The translations under genes and the position numbers were made by a program. A DNA stretch of 63,739 nt, the filler included, from Folioceros fuciformis (Eukaryota), in assembly GCA_049999805.1 (NCBI GenBank). It is 7 parts of 6 records of this genome, joined end to end, with 100 filler letters (N's around TTAATTAATTAA, not from the genome) between each part and the next. Parts side by side here need not be neighbours in the genome. Positions count along the whole stretch, not along the records: positions 57,920 to 60,134 come from JBNGIO010006092.1; positions 60,235 to 62,525 come from JBNGIO010006100.1; positions 62,626 to 63,739 come from JBNGIO010006196.1; 4 more parts are not named here. One strand, 5' to 3'. Below are positions 60,130-63,739 of the stretch, in pieces (the first letter of the stretch is position 1; the number at the start of each line of letters is the position of its first letter). Below the pieces are notes generated by a model, which had not been told where the DNA came from, ran no database searches, and saw only the letters and a program-made list of their open reading frames with translations.

Positions 60130-62626
60130 GCTCGNNNNNNNNNNNNNNNNNNNNNNNNNNNNNNNNNNNNNNNNNNNNTTAATTAATTAANNNNNNNNNN
60201 NNNNNNNNNNNNNNNNNNNNNNNNNNNNNNNNNNTTATTGAATTCTTAGAGCTTAGGAACATGTAACCAAATAGAGCTAACAAACATTTAACCAAACTTA
60301 AACTTTGTATATTTGCAGCCAGTTACCTGACTTTTTGGGCGGTACATGTACATGTTCCAATGAAGGTGGCTGTTTAAAGTCTGACAAGGGACCATGGAAT
60401 GACCATGAGATCTTAAAAGTAAATCTTTTATTTATATATTAATTTTAAATTCAAGTTAGAATTGAAAGATCATTTTATCCTAAGTGATATGAGTCAAAAA
60501 TGTCTTTTATTTGCAGGCTGTAGTTGAAGGGAATGAATTGAATACCAAGATCATTTCAGTTTCAAATCCCTCTAACTTAGGGAAAGTAAGTTAAATGATT
60601 ATGAGAAATTATTATGAATTTTTTATTTATTTATCCTTCTTCCTAATCTAATCTAAACTAATGTGCATGTGTGTCTGTGTGTTTTTTTTAATCTTGTAGG
60701 GTAAGGAAGGGGAGACGTCAGGCAGTGCATCCGATGCAAGATTGCATCATGCTCCTGATCTTGGTTTGTCAATTTTTAGGAGCATGGAACAGGTTCGTGG
60801 ATGCAACTGATTAAGACAAGCCTATGTACAATTATGTCTCTTAAGATGACCTACGTTGCGTTTACGGCCCTGGCGGGCGAGTATTGTTGTGCATGTCATT
60901 GAAACAAAGTTTGCTGTACACTGCGCTTGTGTTCTATCAGGGTACTAGCAGTTCTTCAGGTATTAAGCACGATGGATCATACTCTGGCAAAGGTGAGGTG
61001 ATCATCTATCTCTTCCAAGAGCATTTGATTGCAAACAGAACTTCGCCTGGACTGTGAGAACAAGGCTGAATGCACATCTGGGATAATCTGTTTGCTGCAG
61101 ATGTCAAGGGCATTGCGCGGAGAGTCTATCAGTTTTTTGTCTTCGTCTACACCTATTTCATTTCCATCTTTCTGTCCCCCCTGATCCAACCTTGTCAGCA
61201 ACTTTGGAGAAAGTGGAAGGGGAGATCGCATTTGGAGTCCTCTGCAATCCGCCCAATTTTGAAGCCATCCGCCACTATCAAGACCAGAATCACAGAGCTG
61301 GAAGAGGAGGTCAAAAGGCTCAGCACCCAAGGTCCTCCTCCACACGAGAAAGAGAAAAACGATTCAAACGAAAGAATCCAAACTCTCGAAGCTGAGATTG
61401 CTGAAACCAAGAAGGTAACTACCACAACAACCCAATTTCAGGGGCTCTCACCACTTCTCTCTAGAAACTCACACAGCAACCTGCATCTGTCGCCAGACTT
61501 TGATCAAGGTCCTCAACAAGCAACAAGAACTTGCCGATAATATACAACAGTTGAAGTCGAACACATGGCTGGTAAAGAAAATTCGTTGCAATCTTTGTCG
61601 TTTGAATCGTCAAAATCTTGGCGAGTCTGAATCGCGGGTATTGGATCTTGCAGAAGAGGGCACAATGTTGGGCCTCTTGAGGAGATTTTGCGTTCCAAGA
61701 ATCCACTCGGGGATAACCCCGTCCTTGGGCTGGAGTGGAGAACACGGTTGCCCATGGTGCAACCTGGTAGGCAGCATGAATCCAGCAGCGAGGAGTTTCC
61801 CAGTACAATCCCTGTAGGACGACATCTCCATCATGATAACCCATCACTTGCAGGGACTTTGGTGCTTGGCTTGCACCCTGGATTATGGAGTCCCATCAAC
61901 CAGCTTACCATGCTGCCGCTTCCTTGTGCTGCCATTCACAGTCATTACCATTCTCAGCCGTCTAAAATGAAAGCTTTTCTCCTACTTCAGAGCCGGTTAG
62001 GATATATGCCCACAATGTACAACTGGCATTCAATGCTGACTGACGAGCAGGCTGGCAGCAATGCACTACTGCGCCCGTTAGGAATCGCAACCATGCTGCT
62101 TTCGTTTTAGAGTCACAGTCAGAGGTCCTCACATGTTGCTCCTTCATCACCTCCATGTGCAATGGCCCTGCCTAGGTCTTCAAAACGTCAACCCTGTTCT
62201 TTTAAGATCTGCCCCAGTTGAAATGTGTTGAAGCCCTGTCCCTGCAATTTTTCTGTGCGTGATTCCTGGAGCTGCATACGTTTCACCAACAAATTGAAAG
62301 AGACTCTGATGAACATCAGACAGACGGACGCTAGATTTGACACGCCAAGAAGTTCGCCATGATTCTTGGTTGTTCAATTAGAGGACTCATGTCCATCGCA
62401 ATTATCCCGTAAAAGGACGAGCATCGACAAGAGCTTACAAAACTACAAGCCGGCGTAGGCTGAAGGCAGTCCATTCCGGACCTAACCCTTGTGCTTCCCT
62501 TTGCCACCTCCCCTAGAACCTACTCNNNNNNNNNNNNNNNNNNNNNNNNNNNNNNNNNNNNNNNNNNNNTTAATTAATTAANNNNNNNNNNNNNNNNNNN
62601 NNNNNNNNNNNNNNNNNNNNNNNNNT

Positions 62627-63739
62627 GATGAGGTTCATGCTTTCCCTTCCTGAATCCTGGTCTCATTTCGTGACCTCACACACTGCTGCTCAAACTCAAG
62701 CAGCACTTCTAGCTCACCAACAAGGAGTAGAATTGCCAACCATGTCTTTCTCACAGCTTGTTAGTTCCATGCTTCAAGAGGAAGCTAGCAGGATGACTCA
62801 CAAGCGAGCACGAAAACAGCAGGCCTTGTATACCTCTAACCAAGGGAAAGGAGGTAGAAGATTTCCTCCAAAAGGAAGTGGTGGAAACTCTTCAAAAGCA
62901 GGCAGTTCGCAAGGATTAGCCTCAACTGGAAGGAAGACAAAAAGGACAGGTACCTGCAACTGGTGTAAGTTACATGGTTACTGGGAACGTGAGTGTCGCA
63001 AAAAGCAGGCTGGGGTCCCTCGCAAGGAAGGATCCAGCACTACGACACATGTGGTGGTGAAGAAACAGAATACACCATCAGCCCTGACAGTCGGGACTAG
63101 AATGTTTTCAAGTCCACTGTTGCTTCCCATTTGTCTTTCTACAAAAGCTGATGTTAAACACACATTAGAGTGGTACTTAGACACAGGTGCCACTGTGCAT
63201 ATTTGTTTTAACAGAAATGCTTTTAGCACATAAAGGTCTGTTCCAGATCAGTGTGTCTACCTTGGAGATGACAGATCTCTTGTTGCACCTGGTCGAGGCA
63301 CAGTTGAGTTGACAGTGCCTTCTGGCATCAAATTGCTTCTCAAGAATGTCTACTATGTGCTTGACATGACTAGAAACTTGATCTCAGTCAAGCGTTTAAA
63401 TGCTGATAACAACAGTCACGTTGTTTTCACTAGAACAAATTGTCAGATTGTAGATGACTTTAACCCTAGGAAGGTACTTGCCTATGGATCTTTAGATCAT
63501 GACCTGTTCCGTCTTCATCTTCATAGTGGACTAGCAGAGTCAGACTAGCCATCACCAGCTGTCTCCTTGGCCTCGGCACAACAAGTTGAAAAATCAGAAT
63601 TGTGGCATGCCCCGCTTGGTCATCCTCACATGGCAAAATTGCAGAAGTTGGCTGTGAGTACTTTCTATCAAGATGGCCCTATTGGCCCATTAGCTGCTAT
63701 TCCCCTATGTGAAGCTTGTGTATTATCTAAGAAACACCA
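62627..63739 (+). mobile_element. Copia gag-protease fragment related to Copia-A/B
   Basis: SLPESW...QEEASR, CNWCKLHGYWEREC, WYLDTGATVHIC and LWHAPLGH, with internal stops. Confidence 0.88.

Noticed and set aside
60235-62526. Short coiled-coil-like and Cys-containing ORFs
   Set aside because: Fragmented and not assignable by eye; probably decayed TE sequence. Needs a database search.

Overview
Eukaryotic nuclear DNA from a land plant with flagellated sperm. It carries a PF16/SPAG6 axonemal gene, short GT-AG introns and tight gene spacing, which fits a hornwort, other bryophyte or lycophyte (inference). The window is a concatenation of pieces joined by six artificial 100-nt N-TTAATTAATTAA-N linkers, so adjacency across those linkers means nothing. 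Bases 1-25 kb are gene-rich: PF16, an intronless ELG1/ATAD5-like gene, an AAMP/SQT1-like WD40 gene, RRA arabinosyltransferase, ceramide kinase, and an STN7/STN8-family kinase with a long extra tail. The rest is mostly transposon-derived (several Copia elements, Gypsy, LINE, a non-autonomous LTR element, minisatellites) plus one type-B response regulator. The most striking object is a ~7.96-kb DNA transposon (31165-39122) whose ends are fixed by a TGAGT duplication inside a Copia gag-pol frame. It encodes a DDD-type (DUF7869/Sola-like) transposase and, divergently, a ParB/Srx-fold-like protein. It also carries 12 copies of a 24-bp palindrome (AGTGCGCCGGT-NN-ACCGGCGCACT), nine of them in two arrays phased at 41-43 bp. 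This suggests a ParB/parS-like module inside a plant transposon. A second novelty is a small ORF conserved between the PBS and gag of two diverged Copia elements.
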